Shown here piece after piece: positions 10,098 through 24,029 of a stretch of DNA of 64,000 bases. Within the stretch, counting starts at the first letter, position 1. Each line of letters opens with the position of its first letter. The DNA is from Lama guanicoe. Its lineage: Eukaryota. The DNA lies in NCBI GenBank assembly GCA_013239625.1, contig MU053881.1, positions 10,344,873 to 10,408,872 on the forward strand. Direction: 5' to 3'. The notes under the pieces are model-generated. The model did no database searches. It was not told the DNA's origin and saw nothing but the letters and a program-made list of their open reading frames with translations. The position numbers and the translations under genes were made by a program.

Positions 10098-13000
10098 ATT
10101 TCTCCACATCTGCCCCTATGCAAAACTTCTAGGGAAATATATACCAAAAGAAGAGATTCTTCTTTTTTAATTTTTAGATTACATATTTCTTCTTTTTCTT
10201 ATCCATGCATTTTAGAATTTTTCTTCTAAAAAATACCTATTATGTAATTACTTAAATCATTTTTTAAAATTACCCAGGTATCTTTTGTAGTTATTAATCA
10301 GACTCTAATTCCAAGAGAGTTTCTCTATTGCTCTTTGGGAAATTTTTCAAATGTATTTCTCTTTCACAGCTTAACATAAATTTTAATCTCGGCTCATCTG
10401 TCCCATTATTTAAAGTCTTTCCAAACTATACTAATCTGCATTTATATCTACCTTCTTGGAACAAATAATTTTCCTTTAAATGCCACATTACTTTATTGTT
10501 TTTATTAAATGTTTCAGAATATGTCTAATTTATTTCAGATTTTCTTTGAAAACTCTGCATTGTTTTATTGCCTTCAGGTCCATTTAGGGTTTTTTTTGGA
10601 TACAAGACAACTGTCTTAGAATGTTTGGTATTTTATATAAGATGAAGCATAGCTGTGACTCCAAAAATATTCCTAACTTGTGCCCATGAACATGGAACTC
10701 TTCATTGTAATTCTTATATTTACTTAAGGAAGTCTCCATGTGTCATATATTGACAACTAAAGCAAGAGGGACAAAATAAGGAGGGATAAAGCGATGATTG
10801 ACAAAGAGAAGGTAGAGTCAATGGTGGATCAAACGGTGGCCTTCAGGAGACTCCGGGAATTGTGTATTGATTATTGGTATCTCTCTGAGTCAATAAGCTG
10901 ATCAGTTGTGAGTGCTTCTCTAAAAATAACCCTTAACGAATTTCTCTCAGTGGTTCACAAAGCAGCTGTTCCGAATGTTTGTTGCATTTATATGTCTGTC
11001 TGTCTATATCTGTGCCCACAGAAGGTGACAAGGCCAGGAAGGAAAGAAGGAAGGAACTTGTCAACAACCAGATCCAGAAGTCATTTTCCAGCTGCATTTC
11101 TCTCCTTACCAAATAACGACTCACCTTATAGACTCCTGCATTCAAACAAAAGATATACCGGCTGAAAAAACATTGGTTATCAGGCATTGTTTGGTTTACT
11201 GGAGATTGAGAAATAGTAATTCACCATCAAAAACTTGAACAGCATCAGAAATCATGGGCTCTTTCCTCCTTTACCCTCATTACTCTATTATCATCAGAAC
11301 ACAAAACCAGTCATGGGCAGAGTTTTCCACTGTGGTGTGATTAGGCAATGAAACATGTTTTAAAGAAAAGAATTCATGGTAAACATTTTGGAGAATGGGC
11401 TGCCTTTGAAGCAAGGACTTTCTGAAGCCCTGGGCCAGGGAGAGGAGTGCCCAGTACTGACGGAGGTTTTAGTCATTTTTAACCACATGCTTTATGTTGA
11501 GTAAATATTCCTTCTTGCAAGGTGGGCAGCTGTTCTCACCCTCTTAGCATCATTTAGACAGTCACACAAAATTGAAAATCAGCATGGAATGTGTGTCATT
11601 CCTATATCCCCTCATCCCAGAATGCCCTGGTCACTTTGGTTACAATCTCAACCTGCTTTCATTTTTAAATCTTTAATTAGCTCTGTTCTGCACCTTCTCC
11701 ATTTTTAATGTGTGTTCCCCGACAGGTAGCCATGCACATCACCAGAGCCCCTAAGTAGAGTGTAAGAAATGACAAGACAGAAACAAAATATCCTTTAAGA
11801 TGTAGTTTGCAAACTTTTCCTTGTTTGCTGCCTACTGTCGGTTTTAAATAATGCAGAAATCAACTTCAGTACCATGGAAATAATCAACACAGGATCAAAA
11901 CCTGGAGTTTCTAGTAGAGCACAAATCAAAAGCTGTAGGAATCCAACAGCTGGAGCCTGCCTCATTATTTCCCTGTTCTTTGATGTGCTTTTCAGCCAAG
12001 TATCTTAGAGAATTACTCACAGATATGTCTATCTACAAATTCTACATTGCTTACATATTATAGTTTCCAACAGAGATAAATACTGTAACTGAGTTCTCAT
12101 TTTCAAAATAGAACCCCCCATTTTTTTCATCTTCCATTATGCACACAATCTTGTAAATGGCAGAACGGAAAATCAGCTGCATCTAATAAGAGAATCAAGT
12201 TTGTTATTGACTCTGAAATGCTAGTTTCCATTAGATCATCCATCAGAGCTTTATTATGTGATCAACTGCCTAATTAATTTTGTACTGGGGTATTTAGACA
12301 GAACACTGAATGTTGCAGCGGGGTTTGGCTATAATCCTGCACCTGCGGCCTCAGAGATTTAGAGATTCTCCTATCATAAGTTTGTACTGTGCCTATAATC
12401 ACTTCTGCTTCACTAGGATTCCAGCAATTCAGTCCAGTGAAATTCAGCAATATTAATTTCAGAAACACCAGAATATTTGCATCTGTGGTTATGTTTCTTT
12501 GGACTTTAATCAGATCAAAGGCCCCACAAGATATTAAGAGCGCTAGATACAATATTTTGTTCAGACAGTTTTAGTGGTTCAATCAGACACTGTTTTGATT
12601 TTCTGTGCTTATCTGTTAATATGAACAGATGCAATCATGCTATTGTATAATGACTCTTGATTGCCAGCAGTATTTGATTTTGCAACCATTCGGTGGCGAT
12701 AATTAAAGATAACAGGATATCCTATACAGTAATAATTAAAGATAGCTTTGTGGGCTTTATCGCATGAATAAATGCCAGAGAGGAAGAACCGGTTCTCTGA
12801 AGTTCATTATTCAATGCATATTTTTGGAAGGCCAAGTTTGAAAAGTCTCAAAAAGAGACACTGAGGTGCAGCGGGCTTAGCGACACGTGAGCTGATTTCA
12901 AAATTTCACTTGTCCTGCTGCCGTATATTGAGGCTTTGTTCTTTGTTTGGGAGAATACCAGTTGAGTACGCTGCTCACAGGACAGAAACATAGAAGAGTC

Positions 13001-13549
13001 AAATAATATGGAATCTTGCATTTCACATCTAAATAGGCATTCACAAAGGTACATAAAAGAATCTTTGAATCTATCTTCAATTTGAGAAAAGGAAATAAAA
13101 GCTCTTAAAACTGTCATTATCTACTCTGCGGAAGCTAGGGAATAATTCAAGACGCTGACAATGCCTCTCAAAGGACAATATGACTCCCGAGACTGAAGTG
13201 GAAACAAAATATTTTATTAATTTTAGTTTCAATTATTTTAAAGAGATAACAGTGGCTTATCCAAAAGGGCAATCCTTAAAGTAAGGACGTCAGTGGGCCC
13301 AGCTGAGGACGCCCTCCTGTAGGAATCCATTGCTCATAACTGTACGGATGCCTTATAAAACACAGGACCCTCAATTACGTGTGAATCTCAGATTTTTAAA
13401 AAATGATGTATACGTCTGTTCCATGAACTACTTGACATATAACTACACAATAAAGTTACTTGCTGTGTATCAAAATTCAGATTCACCTGCAGGGTTTTTT
13501 TATTTGTATTCACAAACCCTGGCAACCCTATATATAAACATCTATACTT

Positions 13550-13587
13550 TCTCTCTCTCTCTCTGGTGCGTGTGTGTGTGTGTGTGT
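13550..13587. repeat. Compound (CT)n(GT)n microsatellite
   Basis: Seen directly. Confidence 0.9.
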
Positions 13588-14299
13588 TTTAGCTGAAGTA
13601 TACTCTTCCTGACCACCAGGCTCAAGCATCTGCTGTGTTTGGCTAAGTGATACTTGATGGGGTGGCTCAAGGGTTAGACTAATAGCAGACTGAAGCCTTG
13701 TCAGGAGGAAAGTAAGGCTTGATGGCAGGCATTAGCCATCTGAGTGGTACCCGGGTAAGTTTCCAGGGCAGGGAACCAACCTCTCCTCCCTCCTGTGGCC
13801 CCTGAGGGCTTAAGCAGGCAACACTTGAGGATAATGCTATCAAATGAAGGAGGGTAATGGGTGATAGATTACATTAAGTGGCTTTAATCTGGAGTCTATT
13901 GCACTTGGAAAGGGGAGTTGACAGTTTTTATCAGCTTCTTAAATGACGGGATGTAAGGAACTATCCCCTATTTGCCCACAAACTCTACCAGACTGGACTA
14001 GTGTCTATTTTTTGCGGTTCTCTTCTTCCTACTCCACCCCCATCCTTTTTAGATTCTTGACCCAAGGGGGCATCTTTGTCCCAGAATTAAAGGAAGAATC
14101 AAGATTAAGTATCTCCATATGTGGTCTTTTAAGTTCTTTGATAAGACACACTAAAACCACACAAAAAGAAATACAGAGCAATACATTTATTAATCAGCAG
14201 AATGTTCTTCAGTCTGGAAGCTCTGACCCAAGGGAGGGGAGACCTTAGGAGCTCTCCTGCTCAAATCTCTATGTCAAGAATTCAAGATTTCTCTTAGTG

Positions 14300-14530
14300 A
14301 GAGGGGCCGAAGAGCCTGAATTAGAAGACCTACATAATTAGCCTTCCACTTATTAGCTACATGAACCTGGAGAAATGACTCAGTTTCAGCTATAGTGTCC
14401 AGTTCTGTAAAGTGGGTGTAGTCACAGAACCGGCACCGGGGCTTAAAGAGAACAACAAATGAGATGGATGATGCACTTAGAGGGCAAAGCACAGTTCCTA
14501 GCACACAGTATCGAGTCAATTAAAATTACC
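14300..14530 (+). mobile_element. MIR SINE
   Basis: ccacttattagct...ctgtaaagtggg...aaatgagat...agcacagttcctagcacacagta. Confidence 0.75.
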
Positions 14531-15219
14531 TCTTTTCTGTATAAATGTGACGTGATAATTCTTAACAGATTCAAAAATTTCAGTATTTCTTTGGAGAGTA
14601 ATTTTGCAAAGATTTGACAAATACTGTTAACCCTCAGATAGGAAAGACTGTTAAGTGGGTTTGAAAAAGCCGGAAAGTGCACAATTCCAACAAACCTCTT
14701 ATATAAATTTTTCAGCCTAAAAAAAGTACATTCAGGAGAAGTATATTCTATGAATATTAGCATTTTGACATGACAGGTTGATGACATAACAGGCACATAA
14801 TTTATAACTAAAATCTCCACAGATTCCAGTTGAGTGAATTCTGCGATAAGCTTGTTTTGCAAATGCAGATTTGGTCCAATGCAATTGATATATTAGGGAA
14901 TACGGAGCTGAATGTGGATGGTGTTTACTCATGAGCCGTTCCACCTGGGTGAGACACTGGGTGAACACGAAAGGGGCACTCAGCTGACGGACCCAAGCTT
15001 CGTGGAATATACAAAACCCTCACTCCACAAACATCCACCAGCTACCACAGTTAACCGCCTCTGATGTGAGACACAACCGTCCTAATTTTGTGTTACAGCT
15101 TCCCTTTGGATTAAGATAATCCTCCTTCCAAACAAACATCAATTGCTCTGACACCTACTTCCACAAGCAAACTTTTAGGGGTTTTCTGAGATGAAGCACT
15201 GTATTTACATGCATATATA

Positions 15220-15447
15220 TATTAATCATTTAACATCTGTAAAACTGTGCTACCATTTTTACTAGGTTCCTATATTTATTTTTAATGTCAACGATATATA
15301 ATAATTAAGTAATATCAATAATCAAGTTTTTGAGTGTCGAGTCTCATCTCATTTTCCCCGTAAGTCCCCTGGTTTTCTTTGTGTGGTTTTTCCATTGCAA
15401 AGTGATTTTTACAGACGGATGTACTGTGTTACAACAGAACTGACTGT
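15220..15447 (+). mobile_element. Tigger13a-like DNA transposon end
   Basis: Ends gtgatttttacagacggatgtactgtgttacaacagaactgactg|ta, resembling an old Tigger TIR plus TA. Confidence 0.55.
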
Positions 15448-18400
15448 ATAGTGAGGATACACACTTCTCAATTTTGAACTCAGTTTATGTTTGCAGGAAA
15501 AAGAAAATAAATTAATCATTTTTGTCTGTGAAGTTTCATTTGCCTGTAGAATAAGCATTTAACTCATTGTCCTGTATATAATTTGCACATTTATTCAAGA
15601 TCAGAGAATAGAAGAATAGATTAAAAGGTTAGTATTAACGCTCTCCCTGTTAATAGTCTGACACCTCATTTTCAGTAAGTAGCTGAGTTTTGCCTAATGT
15701 ACATAGTAGCTTGCTGTCTAAACATCTCTATGAATGCTTAGGAATTGAATGAAATGTAGGTAGGTCATTTATAATCTATAAACTCATAGTTAATAGTTTC
15801 ACTTTCTTCTCTCAAATAGAAAAAAAACAACAACAACAATGTAACAATCTGATTTTTTAAAAGGTAACAATTTCCAAACTCCTTCAGTTTTAAAAGCTCC
15901 TCATGAGTTTTTTCTCCCAGCACTTAATTACACAGACACTGATTTCACTTGCAGGAGAAAACATTTTCTGTCTTCGGGCTGGGACACATCAGTGTTGAAT
16001 GGGCTCACGCTATTAAGCAGATGCTGCCATTTTCAATGTGGCATTCAAACGCTTGTCACTAAATTCCCGGCTGCACGGTTAATTTTGATCATGGTTCAGG
16101 ATCCAGCCTAGCCAACATCCCAGCTAGTCCACTGGTATTTCATCTAATAAGTGATAAAAAATATATATACAAAAGGACTTACATGGGAACTTTATTCTGT
16201 TTAAGAAGTGATGTGTGTCATGTATCCAAAAAGACCGCTTAAAGCATTTATTTTCTTTCTTAAAGCTGCTGACTGTACACTAAGTTGTACCTGTTTTTTA
16301 AAAAAAAAAAATCATATATGCTTTCCTGTTATTTTTACCCACTGGGGCTGAGGAATGTCTATGTATGTTTTCTATATACATTAAAAAAAAAAAAGTAGGT
16401 GGATAATGGTGCTTTAGGTGTCCTATTCTTCACTTTGGTCCTGGGTCTCCGGAAGAGATCAGTTTCTTCAGGAAAAAGAGCTCTAGGAGCACTTGTGCTG
16501 ACAGTGTGCTAGGACCTTTTTATTTCAAGTTACACATGATAGGGTGAAAAAATTTTATGACTCCATGTGTGCCCTATTAGGGTGACAGTCTAAGCCCTGA
16601 TTAGCTCATCAGAGATCAGACTCTTTAGCAAGTTACCGACAGACGCAGTTTTAAATCTAGGAAGTAGGTCGGGTTTATTACCTACATCAATCCTTTTCTA
16701 GAGGAGGGCAGAGACATATAGGGGAAAAAAGAGAGCGTTGTGTGTGCAGGAACGAGTTGACAGACACAATACAAAAATAAGCCTTATCCTTCAGAATATC
16801 GTTCATTTAAAAAAAATTGAAAGTTATATCTCAAGGTAAGGATTGTACACATTCCCAGCTGCCCTGTGCAAAGTGATTGTGCTGTTTGTCATGATTATAA
16901 AGACACTTTTTCAGGATATGTAGCTGGGAACAATAAACATCATTCCTTTTATGCTAATACAGCTCTGATAACTAAATAAATACCAGTGCAAATTTTGCTT
17001 TTACTATGACCTCTGATTTGAAATTATACATAGATTTGTCTGCTGAAAGTTCAGCCCACTGTAGTTATACAGAAAGAATGCTCAGAAGTTCCCACAGGTG
17101 ACGCTTGTCTGAAATTCTCGATGCTTATCTGAAACTCTCAAGAGAGTACTTCCATTAGAACATTGGTTCCACGTTCAACCTCTCTCTCTCATGCCCTCTT
17201 AGCACTTCATTTTTCACTGCTGTTAGTGAAAATCAATTTAGTTATCCCCAAATCAAACTTAACAAAATAAACAAATAAAAATGATGCGCTAGCCTTCGTT
17301 TTGAGGAGTATATTTACTTAGATTTTGGAGGAAATAGAATTGCTATTAAAACAGTTTCTCTGTCCCTTTCCAGTTGAATAATTAACAGTGGAAATGAAGA
17401 ACAAAGAGTGATTTCCATGAAAAAGTAGAGCCTGCTATTTACATTGATAAATTATAACATGACCACAATTTTTTTTCTTTTCTTTTTTTTTTCTTTTCTT
17501 GATCTCTCTTTTGCATTTCATTTACAACCAGCCACTAAAAGTAAAAAAATAAATGTCCCGGATTAAAACACTTTACATATGCTAATTATTAGAGCTTCAA
17601 AGAACTAAAATAATAAACGGAGCCAAAAATGAGATCCAAAGAGAGCCATATTTCATAATTAAGACATATGAATCTGAAATATGCTTTCTTGGCCAACCAT
17701 GCCAATTCTATGGATATACCATAAAATCAGAATGCACCATATATTCCAATTAATATCTCCATCTTGGCCGACATACTTGGTGGATTCAGAAAGCCAGAAT
17801 ATGCTAACAACTTCACATACACAGCATCTGAGTTGGGTACATTCTTTAACATGTTACTCTTTCCAAATACTGACACATGCTCTTAATACAAATGGCAGGT
17901 ATAATTCGAAAGTAACACTCTAAAAAGCTGAAGAAAAAGACAGCAAAAATGCTATTGGATATTAATGCTTCTCATTAAAAACATGACATACTTTCTCTTT
18001 TCAGGTAGAAGGACTGTATAGGTCAGCCCACATTTGCAAATGTATGTTTTTGTTTGTTTGTTTGTCGATTTTTTTTTTATCCTGTCCAAATGAGTCCATC
18101 AAAGCCATGAACTTGAGAGGCCATCCGTTAAAAAGTGCTGACCCACTGCCATTACAAACCAAACCAACGGCATTGTCAAAGTGCTAAAAGTGATTTGTTT
18201 ATTTGTCTGGACAATATTTCTGAAATAAATTAATAAATTCCTATGAGTCAATCAAAATCTCTAGGCTGTATATCATCCGTCTATTCCACCAACAAATTCA
18301 TGGTCTGTCAATGCACGCTTGCCAGATTATAATCTTAGTTAGGTACCATCGTTTAAAAGAATGGCAGGCAGACAAAAGGGAGAAAGGCATTATTAGAAGT

Positions 18401-18779
18401 ATTCGTGGGGCTAGGGGTAGATGTTAGCCCAGAGAAATATCTTTCAGGATAACATATGTTCTTAATTTAAGTTTGTCTTTCTCTCTGACTTGTTGTTTTT
18501 CTTAAGCAATATTTAATTGGTTTCTAAGGCAATTGACAAATTCCCTCCCACCACCACTGCTGCCTCGTATTTGTGCCCCCTTTGTATCCTATTAGATATT
18601 GAAAAATAGAGTTTCATTTCGCTCACCATGTCAAATGTAATATAGCTAAGGCAGTTTCTATTCAGTTTTCTAGAATACAGCATCTGATTATTCAGGCTTT
18701 ACTTCTGTGCTCAATAGTTTGTTTTATTTCTAGGCTGATAACTACATGGAAACCAGACCATTTTTAATGATGGTAGCAG

Positions 18780-18935
18780 AATCCTTGAAGGAGAATTGCA
18801 TGGGGCACTGAATAAAATGCTCATTCCTGGGCTCCAACACTGCCCTATTGACCCAGACACTTAGGGTCATAAATCTGCGATATTAACAATTTTCCCAGTT
18901 GATTCTTAAGTCCACTAACGTTTGGAGACGACTGC
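18780..18935. mobile_element. MER5-like hAT-Charlie MITE
   Basis: taaaatgctcattcctgggctcc...aatctgcgatattaacaa...gattctta...gtttggagacgactgc. Confidence 0.65.
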
Positions 18936-19239
18936 TTTCAACAATTTCACAGCTCAATAAAATCTCCACTGTAGGCTAACAAGCAAAATCCAAGTGGAGA
19001 GAACAAAGCACCATTCTATTTGTTAGCCACACTTTGGTGGAAGCAAGAGAAAAACCTAAATGAGGCTTTGGAATTGTGCCTAGCTTTTATTAATTCCTGC
19101 CATTCATTCCCTTATGATCATGAAAAATAAAAATGTGATGATCTGAACTTTGGATCCACTATATAAACTGAATTTCTGAATCCATTTGTGGAAACCTATC
19201 TGATAACTAGTGAAATGGAGTCATATTCTATGCCTTTTT

Positions 19240-20110
19240 TCTTGTATCAATCACTTATTAACTGCTACATGTTATAAGTACCTCAATTATTGTTTTGAAT
19301 CTGGGGCAAAAAAAAAAAGATGATCTCTGCTTTCTCGAAGAAAAGCTTATGACTGATAATTTGGAAAATAAATACAATGACTAGAATCTACTCTAACTGA
19401 GGCATGGACAAAGTGCTACAGGGATGATATATTAACTCAGGTTTTGTGGGCAATGAACAAAGGAAACAATAGAGACCCTTTAAGGCATGAGCTGGGTCTT
19501 CTTTGGGCAAAGAGATTGCTATGAGCAATGGCACAAAGGCATGGAAGTTGGGTGCATTCAGGAACCAGGTTAGTGTGACTCACTTACAAGGTACACGGGA
19601 ATGTTAGAAAGTGAAGAGAGAATGATTAGTTGTGCTATGTGTATTTGTGTCTCTGTTTGAGATGGGTTTAGGAAGAGCATTCACAAAAGAGTTGACATAA
19701 AAGCTGGCCAGAAAGATGAATAGGATTTTACCACCAAACAATGAAAGCACACTCTGACAGCAGAAACAGCAGGAGTTAAAAGCATGAGAACATTAGAATG
19801 TCCCTTGTCACTAGGGAACAATGGAGCTTCATAGCCTCAGGATAATAATGCATGTAGTAGTAGGGAATGCCGTTCTGTAATGCTGGAAAATAAGAATAAT
19901 GTTAGATTATAAAAAGCTACAAATTATGAGCTACATTGTTTAGATTTCATTATAAATGGAATTAAAAGGAATGGGATAAGTGACTGTATAAAATGGAAAT
20001 ATTTAATAAAAATGTTTAATAATGGACATAGTCAAAGTTTCCTTCTAAAATCATAATTATAGAGGCGGTGTAGAAAATGGATGGAGCCAAAAAAGACGTT
20101 CACTGCCAGA
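19240..20110 (-). mobile_element. L2 fragments
   Basis: caatcacttatt...aagtgctacaggga...gaaagatgaataggattt... resemble antisense L2. Confidence 0.55.
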
Positions 20111-20649
20111 AATGGTTTTACTAAGTGTTTTGGAAAGGACTTCCACTGAAGAAAAAAATATATATATATATGTATTTATATTTATAATACTTAATATGTG
20201 TGTATGTATTTACAAACTGCTGGCAGTACTATTAAAATAGCAAAGAATTACTGGTCCAGGAAGATAGAGGCTCAGAGAGGTGAGCTTGGAATTTGAGGCC
20301 AGTTTTTTAAAGTTGTTTTCCACTTCTACAGCCATAGGCTGATCACGGTTGTTACATCCTTGTTAGGTTAAATGGACAGATATTGGTGTCTAAGGTACCA
20401 AGTGGAGGAAATCTACAGCCTCTGCCTTGCTTTGGGTAGGGATACTAAAATGCTGCCTCTTAGGACTAGGTTTTAAAGAGAAATAGACAGACTCTTTCAG
20501 GGACTTGCAGATCATCTCCAAACGAGCTGAGTCCAAGACTGTTATCTCCCACAGGTTAGGAAAACTTTTATCTTGTCTGGAAGAAGACGACAGTATCAGA
20601 GACCACACAGATTACCATAAAGGCATGCACAGTGAGCGGGGTATAGCTT

Positions 20650-20995
20650 CTCAAAACAACACACATGAAACTCACAACCTTCATGTTAAGTGAAAGAAGT
20701 TACATACTTCTGTTGGTATAAAATAGAAAGAACAGGAAAACCTAGGCCATGCTTAGATGGTAAAACCAAAGTGAAACCAAGGAAGTGATGACAGTAAATG
20801 TTAGGATGATGGTTCCTACGGTGATAAGGAAGAAGCAGTGATGGGGAGAAGGTAGGAAGGAGCTTCTAGGTTACACATTCTGATCTATTTATGATCTGAA
20901 TAGTAGTCACATGGATGTTGCTTTATGATAATTCATTAAGTTTTATGTTTGTTTTGTGCATTTTTCTCTGTGTTACATTTCTTAAGACATAGTTT
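20650..20995 (+). mobile_element. L1ME-like 3' UTR fragment
   Basis: atgaaactcacaaccttcatgttaagtgaaagaag...gtcacatggatgttgctttatgataattcattaag. Confidence 0.7.
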
Positions 20996-21857
20996 AGAAA
21001 ATGTATTGGTGATAGGGTAGTTTACAGACCAGGAGACCAGTTATATGTTTAAATTTTTAAAAATGTCCTCTCAACATTTCAACACTGTCAGATACAAGCT
21101 AAATTTAAAATCATTTAAAATAATCAAAATAAATTTACCTTTGCTTAGTAGGCAATCACTGACTTATATCATGTATATCCATTTAAGGAATTTTATTAAC
21201 GTTTGCTGTCAATCTTTTTCATGTCCACCAGAACTGCTTTAACTAAATGAATGTTCTTTATCCCCAGTAACATGTGCATTTAAATGCTAAACCTGCCTTT
21301 TCCTTTACTAACTTGCTTTTGACTTTATCTAGTCATCACAAGTAGTTTCCTTGCTCTGGAAGTCTAGGTATTTCACAAACCTGTTTTTAAAATTATGATG
21401 AGTAAAGAAGAATTTAGATATTCTATTTCAATTTTAACTACAGAAATGTGATTTTTTAAAATGATCCTAAAACATGGTTTTCATTCTGTCATTCTTCTAC
21501 TCAGAAATTTTCAACACTTCATCACAGCTTGCAGAGTAATAATACATAATTACACAACCAAAGGACTAAACAGGACCTTTAGATCACTCGGCCCACTTCC
21601 ATCACTTCACAGATAACTCAAACCCATGGATGTCATGGGAATGGTGGATTGTCTTTTTTCTGTTCCTTTGGACTATAACAAAAAGCAAATTCCAGAGTCT
21701 AGAATTTAAGGCCTTCCAAATTCAAAGGTCCTTAAGAATTTTTTTTAACACACACTATACCCTTATAATACAATCAGCCATATCTGCTATATTTCTGTCT
21801 TTGCCTAAGCCCTTATTTCTTAAACTCATCTAAATGGATGAAGGTTTTGATCTCATG

Positions 21858-22323
21858 GTATCAGTTAATGTTCTTAGACCACAATACAAAGAATTAATTT
21901 TGCTTAAGATTGAATATATTGGAAGGAGATAGAAAAGCTTCCAAACTAAGGGACTCCTTTGCAACCAGATCTTAGCAGCAACAGGATGCAAGACAGCTTT
22001 GGCAACGTAAGGAAGAAGAAGCAAACAGGAGTTCTCTTCTGTTTTCCTGTAGGGACGAATCAGGCCCAGCCCTTTTCCATCTCTGAGTCTCTGTGCTTCA
22101 AATTCAAATGTAGGAGAAGGGCAGTCTTATTGGCGTAATTTGTGGGTCAAATGTCAACCTACTCATGGCTCAGGAAGGTAAGTTATTGCCATCGATGGTC
22201 CTGGCAAAACTGCAGACAACTGGGGATGAGAGGAGGCCACAGATCCTCAAAGGAAATGAAATCAAGGAGCTCCTACCAGAAGAGGGAAGTGACACCGGGA
22301 GTCACAAATAACTCACGTCTACA
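21858..22323 (-). mobile_element. Old MaLR LTR (MLT1K/L-like)
   Basis: tcagttaatgttctt...ctcaaaggaaat...gctcctaccagaagagggaagtga...cgtctaca. Confidence 0.55.
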
Positions 22324-23569
22324 AACTCCAAACCAATTAATGAGCTCTTTCTACCGTATCTTCCTTCCTTAGAAATTCCCAATTTAGAAATCACAGTTAG
22401 TTAAGCCCTCTAATTTACACCTTTGTAAGTCTTATTATTTATTATTAATTGCACATTAGCCTATGTACACAGTGCAGTTACAAAAACCAGGTAAAGCAAG
22501 GAAAGATTTGTTAAAAACTAAATTCCTAAGCAACAACTCATCTTTTCATAGTCTAGTAAAGATGTCATCTTAAAAAAAAAAAAAAGGCATAAGAGAAAAA
22601 GAAACTCAACTTTTCGGCTTAACAAAATGAGGAAGATTCTTTTCAGATTATTCTTTCCCGCCCATTCCCTTTAAATTTTCACCGCAAATATTTGGTCAGT
22701 TCCTCCACGTCTCACTTTGGTGGATGAGAATCCCACGTAAATCCCAGCCGCCTCGCCCAGCTGCCCGTGCTTTCTGACAGTGGGCGTTTGGACTCCATCC
22801 TGTGCAGTCCAGAGCACTACAGATGGATCTGGGAACCGTGCCATGGAGCTCCCTCCCTATCCCCACACGATTTTATGGCCTTATGTTGGAGCATTATACA
22901 GCACTGGAGAACCGAGGTGACATTTTTCAGTCACAATAATAATGACATATGGCACTGTCTTCTCAACCCTTCCATTTGGGAGAAAACAATTCTCGCCTTA
23001 TTTTCTTAAAACACAGGGGCTGAGTGACTGCTGCAGCTTCTGAAACAGACACTCAGCACTAATGAGCACCAGCCTACGGTGACCCATTCAGGATGGAAAG
23101 CTCACAGTGTGACATTCTGTTTAAGTGGGCTAAGTGATTGGACATTAGTCACAGGAGTTGAAAGGTCTGAAGAGACGGCAAAATATTATTAATTCAATAT
23201 CTCTTTAATGCTAAAAAGTATGGCCGGAGGGACCCTTTGACAATTTCTTGGGCTATCAGAATACCTAATTGGAGATTAATCTCTAATAACCTCTTAACAC
23301 CATTCAGAAGTTTAAATGAAGCCCAAACAAGAAAGAAATTGTCAGTTCAGTAGTGTCATTTACAGCTGATGCTAGGGAAAACTGTTTAATTCATTACAGA
23401 GGCAGAGAGGCCCATTTCAATTGTTGCCCTATTTCTATCTGGCCAATGAAATATAGTGCTGGTGAAACAGTGAAATCTAAGAACAGGAACCCCCGCGCTG
23501 AGCATTCGCTTCTTCGAAGACTTTCTGGGCTGCAGCTTCAGGTTTCAGGCTAACCATCAGTCCAGAGGC

Positions 23570-23790
23570 TGCCTTCCTTTGCACCTCAGGCTAGGCTAGG
23601 CCCCCTTGTACGTTGTAACACTTCACAGGATCGAAGTTCTGCTTTTTGTTTGTTAATTCTGTCGCCTCCCACGTAGAGCAAACTATGAGAACAGGAGGTT
23701 TATTTTGCTTACCAGCGTATCCCAGCACACAGACGTGCACCTGACTGGGTAAACAGATAGGTTCTCACTCATTGAAAAAAGAATGAATGC
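23570..23790 (+). mobile_element. L2 3' end
   Basis: gtatcccagcac...cctga...ataggttctca...gaatgaatg tail. Confidence 0.6.
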
Positions 23791-24029
23791 ATATATACGG
23801 AGGCCTAATTTTGAAATCTATTATGAATGTTTTCTATTTGCTCCTGCCTTACAAATATTAATACTCTATTAGCACATGGTTTTGGAAGAATGAAAGAACC
23901 TTTTACATCCTCTACCAATTCCAGCCCTTTAGAAAAGCTGTATCTGAGTGTCATGAGGTCCTAGAATTTCATTGCTCCTCTGTGCATGGTCCACATTTAG
24001 CTCAGGGAAATAGGTACAAAAGGAATACA

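Noticed and set aside
11650..11750. Minus-strand exon after a strong acceptor
   Set aside because: Stops in all frames; MEKVQNRA resembles decayed CR1/L3 ORF2 sequence
14443..14862. 139-aa minus ORF containing an exon-like segment (about 14718-14530)
   Set aside because: The putative donor and the ORF end lie in a MIR tail; protein not recognised; insufficient support
16795..16835. Plus-strand exon-like segment (cttcag|41 nt|gtaagg)
   Set aside because: Isolated, with no recognisable peptide or partner exons
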